A stretch of 64,000 nucleotides of DNA from Macrostomum hystrix (GCA_950097015.1 CATNEN010000035.1:1054001-1118000); one strand, 5' to 3'; counted from the stretch's first letter, positions 1 through 12,046 are shown. The notes: generated from the sequence alone by a model not told the origin. Program-made: numbers and translations.

Positions 1-963
1 GTGACTGAACTTTGTTATAACGCGTCCACCTTTTCGAGGTCTGAAAGTAGGAGAACACTTCATCAGCGAAGTCCTCTACATTTCCATCAAAGGCTTCACA
101 TGCACGTCGAACCGCATTGGAGACAATATGCAAACTGCATGGTCCAATGGAAACAAGATGAGATGCAAAGTCATGCATTATTTTTTGGAAGCCGTTAAAC
201 TTTCCAACCATAACTGCTGGTCCATCTGTTGATATGCTAACACAGTTCCTAATCGGAATGTTGAATTCATCGAGAATCTTCAAAACTTCCTCTTTCAGAG
301 CAGCGGCTGAGCAGTCAGAAACTTCAACTGTTTTCAAGGCAGTTGTACACAGCCTTCCCTTCTTCGACGACACAAATGATATTACAACTGCCATGTGCTT
401 TCGTGCCCCATCAGATGACTCGTCAATAGAAAGGGAAAACAGTCCGCAGCCAGAGTTCAAGTCTTGAATCATCTCATCACGCATCACTGGTGCAAGAGCG
501 TGATTAACAAGATAGCACAGTTTTGTGCGATGGCACTTCATGTCTTGAGCAATTTGCTATCATGAAACATAGCTGGGTACACACCCGAGTGGTCGGCTGT
601 ATTGTACGCAATATTGTGCTCAATAAAATGGATTCCAAGTCGCAGCTCTGCCATTAGCACTTCTGCGTCAGCCTTCTTCATGGCAGTGAAAGATGGCTTG
701 CTGCCTTGAGTAGGAAAAAAGTGTGCTATCCCAGTCTCATTCATGACTGGCAATCGACTCTTGTGCTTCTTGCCTTGGGCGTGGGCTGTAACTGCGCCGA
801 ACCCACTAGTGCCGAGGTGAAATGATTTTTTGCACACGGTGCAGAAGCCAAGCAGTTCGTCACTTCGATCAGGCTGAAGCCACTCGCTAAGGACTCGTCC
901 ATCAATGGATCGCTGTAACCACTCATGTCGAAATGCTGTTGCACGAGGCTTGCTTAGAGACAT
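1..963 (-). pseudogene. hAT transposase with one frameshift near 551-553
   Basis: The N-terminal zinc finger is CTVC...H...H. After restoring 1 nt the frame reads SKIAQDMKCHRTK...FSLSIDESSDG...STDGPAVMVG...CSLHIVSNA, giving two catalytic Asp motifs and the hAT CxxH motif. It stays open to position 1. Confidence 0.85.
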
Positions 964-1526
964 CTCACTACGAGGGTACGAGCGTATTCTCAGAATATTT
1001 TTTCAGTTATTGTCTTATTGAGTTAAACGCAAGTCGCAAAGGCAGCAAAGCTGAAAAATAAGTTGAGCTACTTTGTAAAGTCTTTCTAGCCAACCTGATC
1101 TATTTAATTAACTATTGGTATTGACTCATTAAACTCGCTTCCAGACTCATTAGGTTCCAATTTCCATTCTAGCTCTATGCGAAAAACTAAGTTTCCTAGT
1201 AAGAGGGTGGCGGTGGAACATAGACTAAACTAAGAACTACAATCAATAAAGAAATGAACTTTTAAACAGTAGTATAATGTGTACAAATAATTAAGGAGAA
1301 TTCCAACAAATAGAAAATACTAGATATTGACAAATATATATATATATAAGATATTTAGTATATAGATTGTATAAAACTAAAGTGTGTCCTCAATTCCTCA
1401 TATATTCAAATATCAGAGCAAAATCGGAGCAACCAAATTTCCGCAGATTGCAAAATTCCTCTTGATTTTCCACAGGCGAGCCAGAAATTCCGCATTGCGG
1501 AATTTCCGCAGGTAGTGGGAACACTG
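1..1526 (-). mobile_element. hAT-superfamily DNA transposon, 5' part; continues past the window start
   Basis: The minus-strand terminus at 1526 reads CAGTGTTCCCA, a typical hAT TIR start. Subterminal TTCCGCA repeats lie at about 1440-1510 and a transposase reading frame follows. Only one end is visible, so the TSD cannot be checked. Confidence 0.8.
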
Positions 1527-1707
1527 CCCCCTAATCAAATAATGCTACTCAAATGTAAGTACTTTTGTAAATTTTAATTACTATTCGCAATAGGGCTGTA
1601 GGAACTGGGAAATCAATATAAAGTCAGTCGACCTAGAGCCAACTAGGAGGCAATAATGCCCATTCCGTACCCTACAATGTACACTCTCACATTACACCTA
1701 CCAATGC

Positions 1708-1775
1708 TGCCTCGCCGGGGATTCGAACTCAGGGACCTTGGTGCGAGAGTAGGATGCGCTACCACTTCGCGACTA
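1708..1775 (-). mobile_element. tRNA-derived SINE family A, head only
   Basis: B box GAGTTCGAATCC. It shares CTCTCGCACCAAGGTCCC with the full copy at 61552. The anticodon stem does not pair. Confidence 0.7.
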
Positions 1776-2569
1776 AACTACAATTTTTCCAGATCTGATT
1801 AATTTCTAGTGGGGTAGGCGGGACTAGCATAAAGAGCTACACAGGTAAAAAACATAAACTATGCACAACCAAGAAAAAATTTAACTTAGTAAAGCAACAG
1901 ATAAGACAGTGGCCTGGTCGATACACAACAGTCGTTTGTACAAACAGGCAGGCGGGGGGCAGAAAGCTGGGTCGGTGATACAGGGAGGAATCTGAAAAAG
2001 TACACAGCCACCAACCACCACCTATAAACGAAACCAAATAGGACAGGAGGAAAGATAGGCATAGGCATTATATGTTAAAGGCAAGGAGTAACACAGAATA
2101 CCACAAAAGCATGTTTATCAATTTAGTATGCACCGAATTTAATCTGACCTACTTGGCTCAGACAGTTTTTGTTAGACTGCGTGTTAGTGTTTTTCAAGAA
2201 CAATAACTACAAATTCTACAATTCTAAAATGTACTTTCATTTTAATACAGTAAGGGACGGTGTTCAAAAGAAAAGCACGAGAAAGAGGGACGACTAATTT
2301 TTATTAAAGCAAAGCCTGATTCGCCGTAGTTAGAGATGCAGAAAACTCTAAGTAGAATAGAATTTAGAGGTGGAGTTTGTCTTCTCGCGTTTAACATAGC
2401 GAGGTACACAGCGAAAATGAGACTGGTTAATATGCGTCTAGTCAGCAATTAGTTTAGGCTGCTCACACAAAGAAATGAATACGAAAGCTGTACATTGAAG
2501 GCCTGTCTTGGTGCCGCTTAGTATTCAAGTACTGGTGGCACATAGCCAATGCCTATGTTATCAAGAGCC

Positions 2570-3205
2570 TATGATACCGATTCACCGAATGCTCCATCCG
2601 ATTCACTGAATGATCTATCCGAGGCCACTAAATGATATATCCGATTCACTGAATGTTCTATCCGATTCACTGAATGCTCTATCCGATTCACTGAATGCTT
2701 TATCCGATTCACTGAATGATCTATCCGATTCACTGAATGCTCTATCCGATTCACTGAATGCTCCATCCGATTCACTGAATGATCTATGCGATTCACTGAA
2801 TGATCTATGCGATTCACTGAATGCTCTATCCGATTCACTGAATGCTCTATCCGATTCACTGAATGCTCTATCCGATTTACTGAATGATCTATCCGATTTA
2901 CTGAATGCTCTATCCGATTCACTGAATGCTCTATCCGATTCACTGAATGCTCTATCCGATTTACTGAATGATCTATCCGATTTACTGAATGCTCTATCCG
3001 ATTCACTGAATGCTCTATCCGATTCACTGAATGCTCTATCCGATTTACTGAATGATCTATCCGAGGCCACTAAATGATCTATCCGATTCACTGAATGATC
3101 TATGCGATTCACTGAATGCTCCATCCGATTCACTGAATGCTCTATCCGATTCACTGAATGCTCTATCCGATTCACTGAATGCTCTATCCGATTCACTGAA
3201 TGCTT
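2570..3205. repeat. 21-bp minisatellite (TATCCGATTCACTGAATGCTC), about 30 copies, in glycogen phosphorylase intron 4
   Basis: Directly visible tandem units, each containing the palindrome ATTCA-C-TGAAT. Confidence 0.95.
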
Positions 3206-3318
3206 TAGCCAAACGATTTCTGCCACTTAAAATCTTTCCTACTCACTAAAAAATATTTTAATTTACCGTTAGCCCTCTTCATATTTTTCTAACCCTCTAG
3301 GATCCAGAAGTGACTCAC

Positions 3319-3996
3319 CATGTAGGTGGCGGACACCTCGTCCTGAGCGCGAATATAATCGTCAAAATCGGCCAGCAGCATGAAGCGATCGTGATTCACC
3401 AGATTATTGTAGATGTCATGAAACAATCCGGGATTCTCAGGCGAGAATGCGCCGTCGCGGATCATGTCCAGGCAGCGGCGTAGTTCGCCACTCTTCTCGT
3501 AGAATTCGCGCGGTTTGTAGCCTCGCTGGCCGAGCTCCTTGACCTGGTCGACGGACATACCGAAGACGAACATGTTGGGCCGGCCCATCTCTTCACACAT
3601 CTCCACATTGGCGCCATCCATAGTGCCAATGGTCAGGGCGCCATTGAGCATGAATTTCATATTGCCAGTGCCTGAGGCTTCAGTGCCGGCTGTGCTAATC
3701 TGCTGAGACAAATCGGCAGCCGGGAAGATCTTCTCGGCCAGGCTGACCCGATAATTCTCAAGGAAGACAACGCGAAGACGTTTGCCAACAATTGGGTCAT
3801 TGTTAACAACGCGAGCCACGGAGTTGATGAGCTTAATGATAAGCTTAGCCATGTGATAGCCAGGAGCAGCTTTGCCGCCAATCATAACGGTGCGGGGCAC
3901 GTACTTGCCCTGCGGATTGTCTCGGATTCGATTGTACATAGTGATCACGTATAGGCAGTTGAGCAGCTGGCGCTTGTACTCGTGGATGCGCTTCAC
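3319..3996 (-). CDS. GlyP: Glycogen phosphorylase exon 4
   Basis: [31 protein letters not shown] (PLP lysine), [14 protein letters not shown] acceptor, GTGAGT donor, 678 nt, phase 0. Confidence 0.96.
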
Positions 3997-4044
3997 CTGA
4001 GTGCAATAGAATGGGGCAGAGTAGCTATGGTCTCCTGGATATAA

Positions 4045-4150
4045 CAATAGTTTATTACACCTGCCCCAATTAGAGCCAGATGTGCAGCCGACAGCGCATC
4101 TGAAGCCTGCGTTCGGCTGTTCAGTCCATGGACTGCGTAGACGCCACTCC
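4045..4150 (-). mobile_element. SINE family B, 3' half
   Basis: The reverse complement matches about 11830-11950 (CAGTC(C/T)ATGGACTGAACAGC...GGGGCAGGTGTAAT). Confidence 0.75.
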
Positions 4151-4156
4151 CTAACC

Positions 4157-4295
4157 AGGGGGGTCGGCGGCAGAGCGGTTAACGCATTTACCTCTCGCAG
4201 AAATATCCATAAGCTCGATTCCGTGGCGAGGCCACATTTATTTCGGGCGCAGCCACGGAGAGAAGGCTTGGGGGCTTGTCATGCAATTTACACCA
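4157..4295 (+). mobile_element. SINE family A, 5' half
   Basis: GGGGGTCGGCGGCAGAGCGG...GAGAAGGCTTGGGGGCTTGTC aligns with the copies at 42143 and 61552. Confidence 0.75.
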
Positions 4296-4357
4296 CTAAC
4301 ACTAGGTTAGCCCTCAACACTTAGCCTTATAGCTAAGAAATCAATGAATAAACTAAC

Positions 4358-5360
4358 CTGAATGTCGAACATGCTAGATGGGTCGACTTTGACTTTGTAT
4401 TCGCGCTCGATATATTCGGCAAATTTGCGCTTATTCTGATCCTTGACCTTCATCAGTTCGCGCAGGAAGTTCTGATCCTGCTGCAGAGACTCTAGACCGC
4501 GCAGCTTGAATAGGTCGGTGACCCATTCGAATCCGATCTTCTCGGTGATGAGCTCGGACAGGTTGGGATTGCACAGCAGTAGCCACCGCCTAGGCGTGAT
4601 GCCGTTAGTCTTGTTCTGAAACTTATCCGGCCACATCTCGTAGAAGTCGCGAAATACGTCAGATTTGATTAGTTCGGAGTGGATCCTAGCAACGCCATTG
4701 ACAGCATGACTGCCGACAACGCACAGGTAGGCCATGTTGATTCGCTTCTCTCCGTCCTCCTCAACTAGGCTCATCCGGCGCACCCGGTCCATGTCGCCTG
4801 GGTACTTCTGCTGCACCAGGTGGATGAAACGCTGGTTAATGTCGTAGATGATCTCCAGATGCCGCGGTAGGCAGTGCTGCAGGGTGGCCACAGGCCAGCG
4901 CTCTAGAGCCTCGGGCAGGATGGTGTGATTGGTGTAGGCGAAGGTCTTGACGCAGATATCCCAGGCTTCTTCCCATTTGAGTCCTTCGATGTCAACTAGG
5001 ACCCGCATTAGCTCGGGAATAGCTAGGCTGGGATGCGTGTCATTCAGTTGGATGGCCACCTTGTCCGGGAAGGCGGCAAAGTCGGTGCGCACATGAGCGG
5101 TTGAGCCGAACTTGGAAGCCTTGAAGCGGCGAATAATGTCCTGCAGAGTGGAAGCTACTAGGAAGTACTCCTGTTTCAGACGTAGCTCCTTGCCTTCGAA
5201 GAAGTTGTCGTTAGGATATAGTACGCGGCTAATATTTTCAGCTTCGTTGCGATCGCACACGGCCGAAATGTACTCGCCCATGTTGAAGGAGTGCAGATTG
5301 AAACTCTGCGGAGCCTTGGCTGTCCACAGGCGCAGAGTGTTGCAGTTGTTGTTACCGTAG
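4358..5360 (-). CDS. GlyP: Glycogen phosphorylase exon 3
   Basis: [56 protein letters not shown]. The first base completes the GG|C Gly codon from exon 2. Confidence 0.96.
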
Positions 5361-5386
5361 CTGGCAATGTGAGCCAGGTGGATAAT

Positions 5387-6860
5387 AACAGGTGAGATTT
5401 GCATTCTCAACTTCTACAATCACAGGTGAAATTTGCATTCTCAACTTCTACAATCACAGGTGAGATTTGCATTCTCTACTTCTACAATCACAGGTGAGAT
5501 TTGCATTCTCTACTTCTACAATCACAGGTGAGATTTGCATTCTCAACTTCTACAATCACAGGTGAGATTTGCATTCACTATTTCAACAATCACAGGTGAG
5601 ATTTGCATTCACTATTTCAACAATCACAGGTGAGATTTGCATTCACTATTTCAACAATCACAGGTGAGATTTGCATTCACTATTTCAACAATCACAGGTG
5701 AGATTTGCATTCACTATTTTAACAATCACAGGGGAGATTTGCATTCACTTTTTTAACAATCACAGGTGAGATTTGCATTCACTATTTCAACAATCACAGG
5801 TGAGATTTGCATTCTCAACTTCTACAATCACAGGTGAGATTTGCATTCACTATTTCAACAATCACAGGTGAGATTTGCATTCACTATTTCAACAATCACA
5901 GGGGAGATTTGCATTCACTATTTCAACAATCACAGGTGAGATTTGCATTCTCTACTTCTACAATCACAGGTGAGATTTGCATTCACTATTTCAACAATCA
6001 CAGGTGAGATTTGCATTCACTATTTCAACAATCACAGGTGAGATTTGCATTCACTATTTCAACAATCACAGGTGAGATTTGCATTCACTATTTCAACAAT
6101 CACAGGTGAGATTTGCATTCACTATTTTAACAATCACAGAGGAGATTTGCATTCACTTTTTTAACAATCACAGGGGAGATCGCGATTTGCATTCACTATT
6201 TTAACAATCACAGGTGAGATTTGCATTCACTATTTCAACAATCACAGGTGAGATTTGCATTCACTATTTCAACAATCACAGGTGAGATTTGCATTCACTA
6301 TTTCAACAATCACAGGTGAGATTTGCATTCACTATTTCAACAATCACAGGTGAGATTTGCATTCACTATTTCAACAATCACAGGTGAGATTTGCATTCAC
6401 TATTTCAACAATCACAGGTGAGATTTGCATTCACTATTTCAACAATCACAGGGGAGATTTGCATTCACTATTTCAACAATCACAGGTGAGATTTGCATTC
6501 ACTATTTTAACAATCACAGGTGAGATTTGCATTCACTATTTCAACAATCACAGGTGAGATTTGCATTCACTATTTCAAAAATCACAGGGGAGATTTGCAT
6601 TCACTATTTTAACAATCACAGGTGAGATTTGCATTCACTATTTTAACAATCACAGGTGAGATTTGCATTCACTATTTTAACAATCACAGGGGAGATTTGC
6701 ATTCACTATTTTAACAATCACAGGTGAGATTTGCATTCACTATTTCAACAATCACAGGGGAGATTTGCATTCACTATTTCAACAATCACAGGGAGATTTG
6801 CATTCACTATTTCAACAATCACAGGGGAGATTTGCATTCACTATTTTAACAATCACAGGT
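5387..6860. repeat. 34-bp minisatellite (ACAATCACAGGTGAGATTTGCATTCACTATTTCA), about 43 copies, filling nearly all of intron 2
   Basis: Directly visible tandem units within the intron 5361-6909. Confidence 0.95.
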
Positions 6861-6909
6861 TTGTGAATAATAACAAGCCTATCCAGAGATTACAAAGCTG
6901 CAAACTTAC

Positions 6910-7367
6910 CCAGGTACAGGCGTGTCGTACGGCATAGCGAAGATGACCTGAGTGTCCACCCATTTCTTGGCACCGTTAGGCGCCGTCTCAACACGGCCGT
7001 AGAAGTTCACAGGCAGCAGATACTCCGGCCTGGCCTTCTCCCAGGGATTGCCAAAACGCAGCCAATCGTCCGGCTCTTCAACCTGCCAACCGTCGGCAAT
7101 CTTCTGCTGAAAGATGCCATAATCGTAGCGAATGCCATAGCCGTAGGCGGCCAAGCCCAGCGTAGCCATTGAGTCCAGGAAGCAAGCGGCTAAGCGTCCC
7201 AGGCCACCGTTGCCAAGGCCGGCGTCTTCTTCAATCTCTTCCAATTCTTCTAGTTCCAGGCCTAGCTGGTAGAGCGATTCGTCAATGGCCTGGGTTAGGC
7301 CCAGATTAGTCATGGTGTTGGTCAGGGTGCGGCCCATGTAGAACTCCAAGGAGAGATAGTAGATGCG
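6910..7367 (-). CDS. GlyP: Glycogen phosphorylase exon 2
   Basis: [48 protein letters not shown] acceptor, GTAAG donor. Confidence 0.96.
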
Positions 7368-7509
7368 CTGTATTGTTTTGAAGGGGAAACGACATCGAGT
7401 AAGTATTGTTAAGTAAGCATTAAGATGCTTATTTTAGTATAACTCTCGTGTGTACTTCATAAGCAGTAAACTAAAAAATGGCAGTGCTAGTGAGCAAGTC
7501 AACCCTTTA

Positions 7510-7556
7510 CCTGTGAGGAGACAATTCTGCTCGAGTTTGCTGACCCCTGAGCAGAC
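7510..7556 (-). mobile_element. Degenerate SINE family A fragment
   Basis: GAGGAGACAATTCTGC...GCTGACCCCTGAGCA matches the reverse complement of the SINE-A body. Confidence 0.5.
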
Positions 7557-9211
7557 ATTTATAAATCAACAATATCACTATCACTATTACTAACAATATC
7601 ACTAATGTTAATATTACATTAACTTAGTATAGCATTAACTTCTTTTGTTTTAAGCATTAGTATCAATCACCATAGCATATAGGCCAAGTGTATTGGCACA
7701 ATACAATATGGCAGACAAATGCTTCTGGCTGTGTTGCACATAAAGGTCCATTATTGCCACAATTATGGTACCCTAGCTGTTTGTTTCATGGCTTATTCTG
7801 TTGGCACATGTCATACAACTTTATTTGGTTGCAATTTTCTTTCTAGTGCATACTGTCACTGTTCTAAATATAGTAGCTATCAAATGTAGAGGGGACTAGC
7901 TAAAATTCTAACCAGATAACAATGTAGCAACTTTTCCTAATACTATTCCTTATTCTGTACAATATATGATATTTATATAAATAATACTACAGCTATAGCT
8001 ATTTAAATATTATGATATCCAATAATATTCTTTTTATATCTTACCCTACAGAAAAAAAGACACTAGCAGACTTGTCAAATGCAGTTTTCGAAATTTCAGA
8101 AGATTTAGTGGTGGGGCAAGGCAAGGCATAGTAGGGCATGGTTGTGTTTTTCGCTTAGTGTAGCACTCTTTTGAAGCAAACTATTTATAGTTTCTAGTGC
8201 ACATTTGTAAAAATTATCAAAAATTCCGAATAGGGACTTTTTAGCTCCAGTTTGAGTTCCTTACTATTTACTATTTTTAAGGTTACTATTCCTTACCTTA
8301 CTTACTATTTTGTAAACTTTAGGTATGAAAATAAAAAAGGCATTATAAAAAAGACATTATAATTTTAAATTAGTGTGACAAAACTCAAGCAAAAATGTTA
8401 ATGTATTTTTTACAGTACTAAATTTAGGTTAATTTGATTCAAACAATAAAGGTCCTTTCCACAAATTATTTAGAATAACAAAATCTACTAAATGCATAAG
8501 ACTAATGTATGTAAATGTAATGGATTAACATTTATGTTCTAAGAAACACAAAACAGAATATAGTAGCTACTGAGAAGAAAAACATTTACAACATAAAAAA
8601 TTGACACTGACACTACTGAAGTATTCTAAAATAACTAATGATATATTTGAGTTGATTGTCTTGACAATTATTGACTATAAATTATAAACTGACATACAAA
8701 GGCTACAAGTGGCAATTTGATATTTAAAAAATCAAATTAGAGGCTATTTTTATGTGAGTCGGAATGGTTTTAGGCTGAAATAGTTTGAGCTTAAATTGTT
8801 ATGCCATGGCCAAAATTGCTTGTAGCTGAAGCAACTTAAATTCCTTAGAAGTTTATTTTATCGAATAGGTTTTGTGAAAAGCCCACTTGACTCCTGACTC
8901 CTGAGTTTTAATCCAGAATATTCCATATCCTAGAATTATAATCCACATAATTAAAGTTCTATAATGCCTAGTCCTGCCACTGCCAAAGTAATATTTACCC
9001 ACACAAGCAATTCCAGTTGGTCTCTAGCTAGCTAGCTAATTATTAGGTAGTGTCAGAATTGACCAGTACGTTAGGCCTAATTGAATTGATTACTCAACTG
9101 CATCTGCATCTATCTAAACCTTAGTTAGGCCCCAAAAGGAAAAAAGCTAAATATTTGCAACAATAGTAAAACAGATATGAGTAAGGCAAAGGGCCTATTA
9201 AAAAAGTATAC

Positions 9212-9454
9212 CTTTGGATCTTGATCATAATAGAACTGCTGAGTTCGAATCCAACGACTGACAAGATGGTCCCAGACGGTGTGGGCCAAGGATAGATAAA
9301 AATCTCTTGGTGTAGCAACGTTACGGTCCTTGACCAGAGTAAAATGAAGATGGCGATTGAAAGTCTTTTTTATATTAGCCACATTTTCAACTTCGGCAAT
9401 ACCTCTAACGCTAATAGCACCCTTTCGTTTATCAGAATCTGTTAAAGGATTCAT
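9212..9454 (-). CDS. GlyP: Glycogen phosphorylase exon 1
   Basis: [18 protein letters not shown]...[20 protein letters not shown]...DPK|GT. 243 nt, with the intron after DPK as in vertebrate PYG genes. Confidence 0.95.
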
Positions 9455-11658
9455 AGTGGATACAAAAGCAGTAACAGAAATAACAGATTTTTACTAAACT
9501 TTTTGTCAGACGACGTAGATGGTATTTACTATGTATATTCAATAAAAGTTTCAATTGAAAACGATCAGTTTTTGTCAAGTTATTTTCGCGCATTTTAGAT
9601 TTGGTCAAAACATTTCTAATGAAACAATATAATAAAAACATAAAACTTGTATGTTTTAATGCTAAAATATAGCATAGAAGTTAAGAAAATTGTAAAAAAA
9701 ACTATAAAACTGCTTCTTTTGCACATAGCCAAATATAAGCCATGCGTGTTGAAGACTTGTCACTATTGTTACATATGTGCGCGCAGAATTTATATTTAAC
9801 TTGAAGAATTCAAGAATCTTGAATATTGAATATATAAAAAATTTAGGTTATTTCCTCGAATCCATGAACTAAGTTTCTAGAAAAGCAAATGGAATAAAGG
9901 ATCTGGGTCAACAAGGGGCCGGCTTTCGCACACCCAACCAATCGCAACTCGCCAGTGGGGTTAAGAAAGCCTCTAACACGCGATTGGGTGAGGGTCTTTA
10001 CATGCGAGAATCAGAGAGCCAAAAAAATCAAAAACGGAGAGATTACTTGTCGGGGGTGACGCAGAGAAAAACTTCAAAACGAAAAAAAAGAAAATACAAA
10101 GAAGAACAAGGAAAGAGGGAACATACAGTGTGAAATGAAAAGTTATGAAAAGAAAAAGTGAGCTAGAATATGTTCTATCATTATATGAGAAAATCGTATT
10201 TTTTAGCAAAGCTTGATTGTTTCTAAAAAGAACAACTTAGATCGTTGCATCTGGCATGGGTTGCCTGTTTGTTGTCGTGTGTCGTCGAACGACAAAGGAC
10301 GAATAGTCGAATTCGAAAAAAAAGGCTTTAAACAACAACAACAACAACAATATACGCCAGAGTTAGAGTTTGGCGCCAGAAGCCATGTTGTAAGGCCTGG
10401 GCGCGCGCCTAGGCAAGGCCGGGGCCGGCAGTGTCCGGAGCGCCGGCGTCGACTGCTAACAGGCAGTCGAAGTACCGCGTCTGCCCCGCCGAAGTGGAGC
10501 TTGCAGCGTCAGCAGCAGCACCTCCTACGCAGGCTGGGGGCAGTACTCCTCGTCGCGGATCAGGTGGCCTGCCAGCTGTAGCGCCGACGGCGCAGTAGGT
10601 CGCTTGGGCGGATCAGGGCGGCGATAAAGTACCGCGTTGATGTGCTCATTAAAGCCGATTTTATAAAGGCAGCGCGCAGCATGCAGAAATTAAACTTACA
10701 CACCGGATGCTGCATTTGCAATTGTACAGACAATACAATACATGCAATTCATTTTTTCTTCCAAATTTGGAGCTCATTAGAGCTGGTACAGTTGCTGGGC
10801 TATAATTTTATAACATTGTACACAAAAATCTTGTCTTTCGCTCCTAAATAGGTTTTCTAGGGTGATTTCTATGAATCAGTTTATCAAACTGAACCGGAAG
10901 TTGAACGCAACACAGCAGATAATAGGGCCGATTTCCCTTTATACGCAGCTGCTCAATTATGTTTTGCCTAAGATTTTATTCTAAGTTACATGTACAAGCT
11001 AGCTACCTCGTGTCTTGCTTATTTCATTAATGACAATGACACACCGTGCAGTGACTCAGACAGCTTCATTCATGTCCCATCGTGAGCTAATGCTTCAAAA
11101 TGGTGTACTGATTCACAATGAGTCTCTTCTATTCTCTTGCCGAGCAGCAAAGAAGTTCTGTAATTTGTAGAAGCAATTTTCTTCGCTAGAAACCAAGCAG
11201 GCCTGTACAATATCAAGGTGTACTCTCGTACTATTCTTCTGGTTTAATTTAAGCAACATATTCCCATGCGAATAAACTTGGCTTGGCTGTACTGGCCCAT
11301 CAGTGTGTACGCAGTTGCTATAGGAAAACGTATGTATATCGTCAGTTCAGCCAAGGGTTAGACAAAATTCTACACTCTCAGGGTGGCCAAGCTGGACACA
11401 GAAAGGCGAGGGCACAGCAAGTACATGCGCATGCCAGTGCATAGGAGCTATGTCAATGCAGCCACCCACACAAGCAATACAGAGAGCTTATAAACCGATT
11501 CTTCGCGCAAACTTAGAGCGCACAGAGCTTAGTTTTGGAACTCACTAAAGGATCAAAATCTGTTTTGCTCTCGGCGCTAAAATTATGTCAAGTGAGTATT
11601 CTTGTTCATATGCTTGTCGCATTTTCATAGATGTTTTTAGTTGTTTATAAAGAGGTTT

Positions 11659-11960
11659 TAGCATTGCGGTTAGAGCGTCGGACTCACGACTTGAAGGTCG
11701 GGGGTTCGATTCCTGACTCTGCTTAAACAATTTGTGTCCTTTAGCAAGGCACTTAACTGATCTGCATTGCTTCAGTTGACCCAGCTGTTAAATGGGTACC
11801 AGCATTAGCTGGGGTAATTGAGGGTGGGTGTGGCGTCCCCCCAGTCTATGGACTGAACAGCTGTACGCAGCCTTCAGATGCGCTGCGCAATAGCTGCGGC
11901 TGTGCTGTCGACTGCACATCTGTCCCAATTGGGGCAGGTGTAATCAATTATTATTATTAA
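11659..11960 (+). mobile_element. tRNA-derived SINE family B with CORE-like central block, near full length
   Basis: A-box-like TAGCATTGCGG and B box GGTTCGATTCC (11703-11713). The central TGTGTCCTTTAGCAAGGCACTTAAC...TTAAATGGGTACC resembles the MIR CORE (my recollection). (ATT)n tail. Confidence 0.75.
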
Positions 11961-12046
11961 TTGTTCGGTGAATAATAATTCCAACTCCACCTACGCTCCA
12001 CCCGTAATCAGGTAAGAGGAAGATTGCCCGTCAGATTTCCTTGGAC

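Noticed and set aside
1708-1775. tRNA gene (also considered at 11659-11730 and 61552-61620)
   Set aside because: A and B boxes are present but the acceptor and anticodon stems do not pair, and the longer copies continue into SINE bodies.
1837-2448. Short minus-strand ORFs as the last phosphorylase exon
   Set aside because: None contains the conserved KFSSDRTI/EIW sequence.
2569-3226. Heptad-repeat ORFs (SDSLNAL)n and (NRIEHSV)n as coiled-coil proteins
   Set aside because: They are translations of a 21-bp intronic minisatellite, with no unique flanking coding sequence or splice support.
11050-11500. Possible second decayed transposase (CVHTDG and SRW-like fragments on the minus strand)
   Set aside because: There are multiple stops and only 3-4-residue resemblances, which is not supportable.
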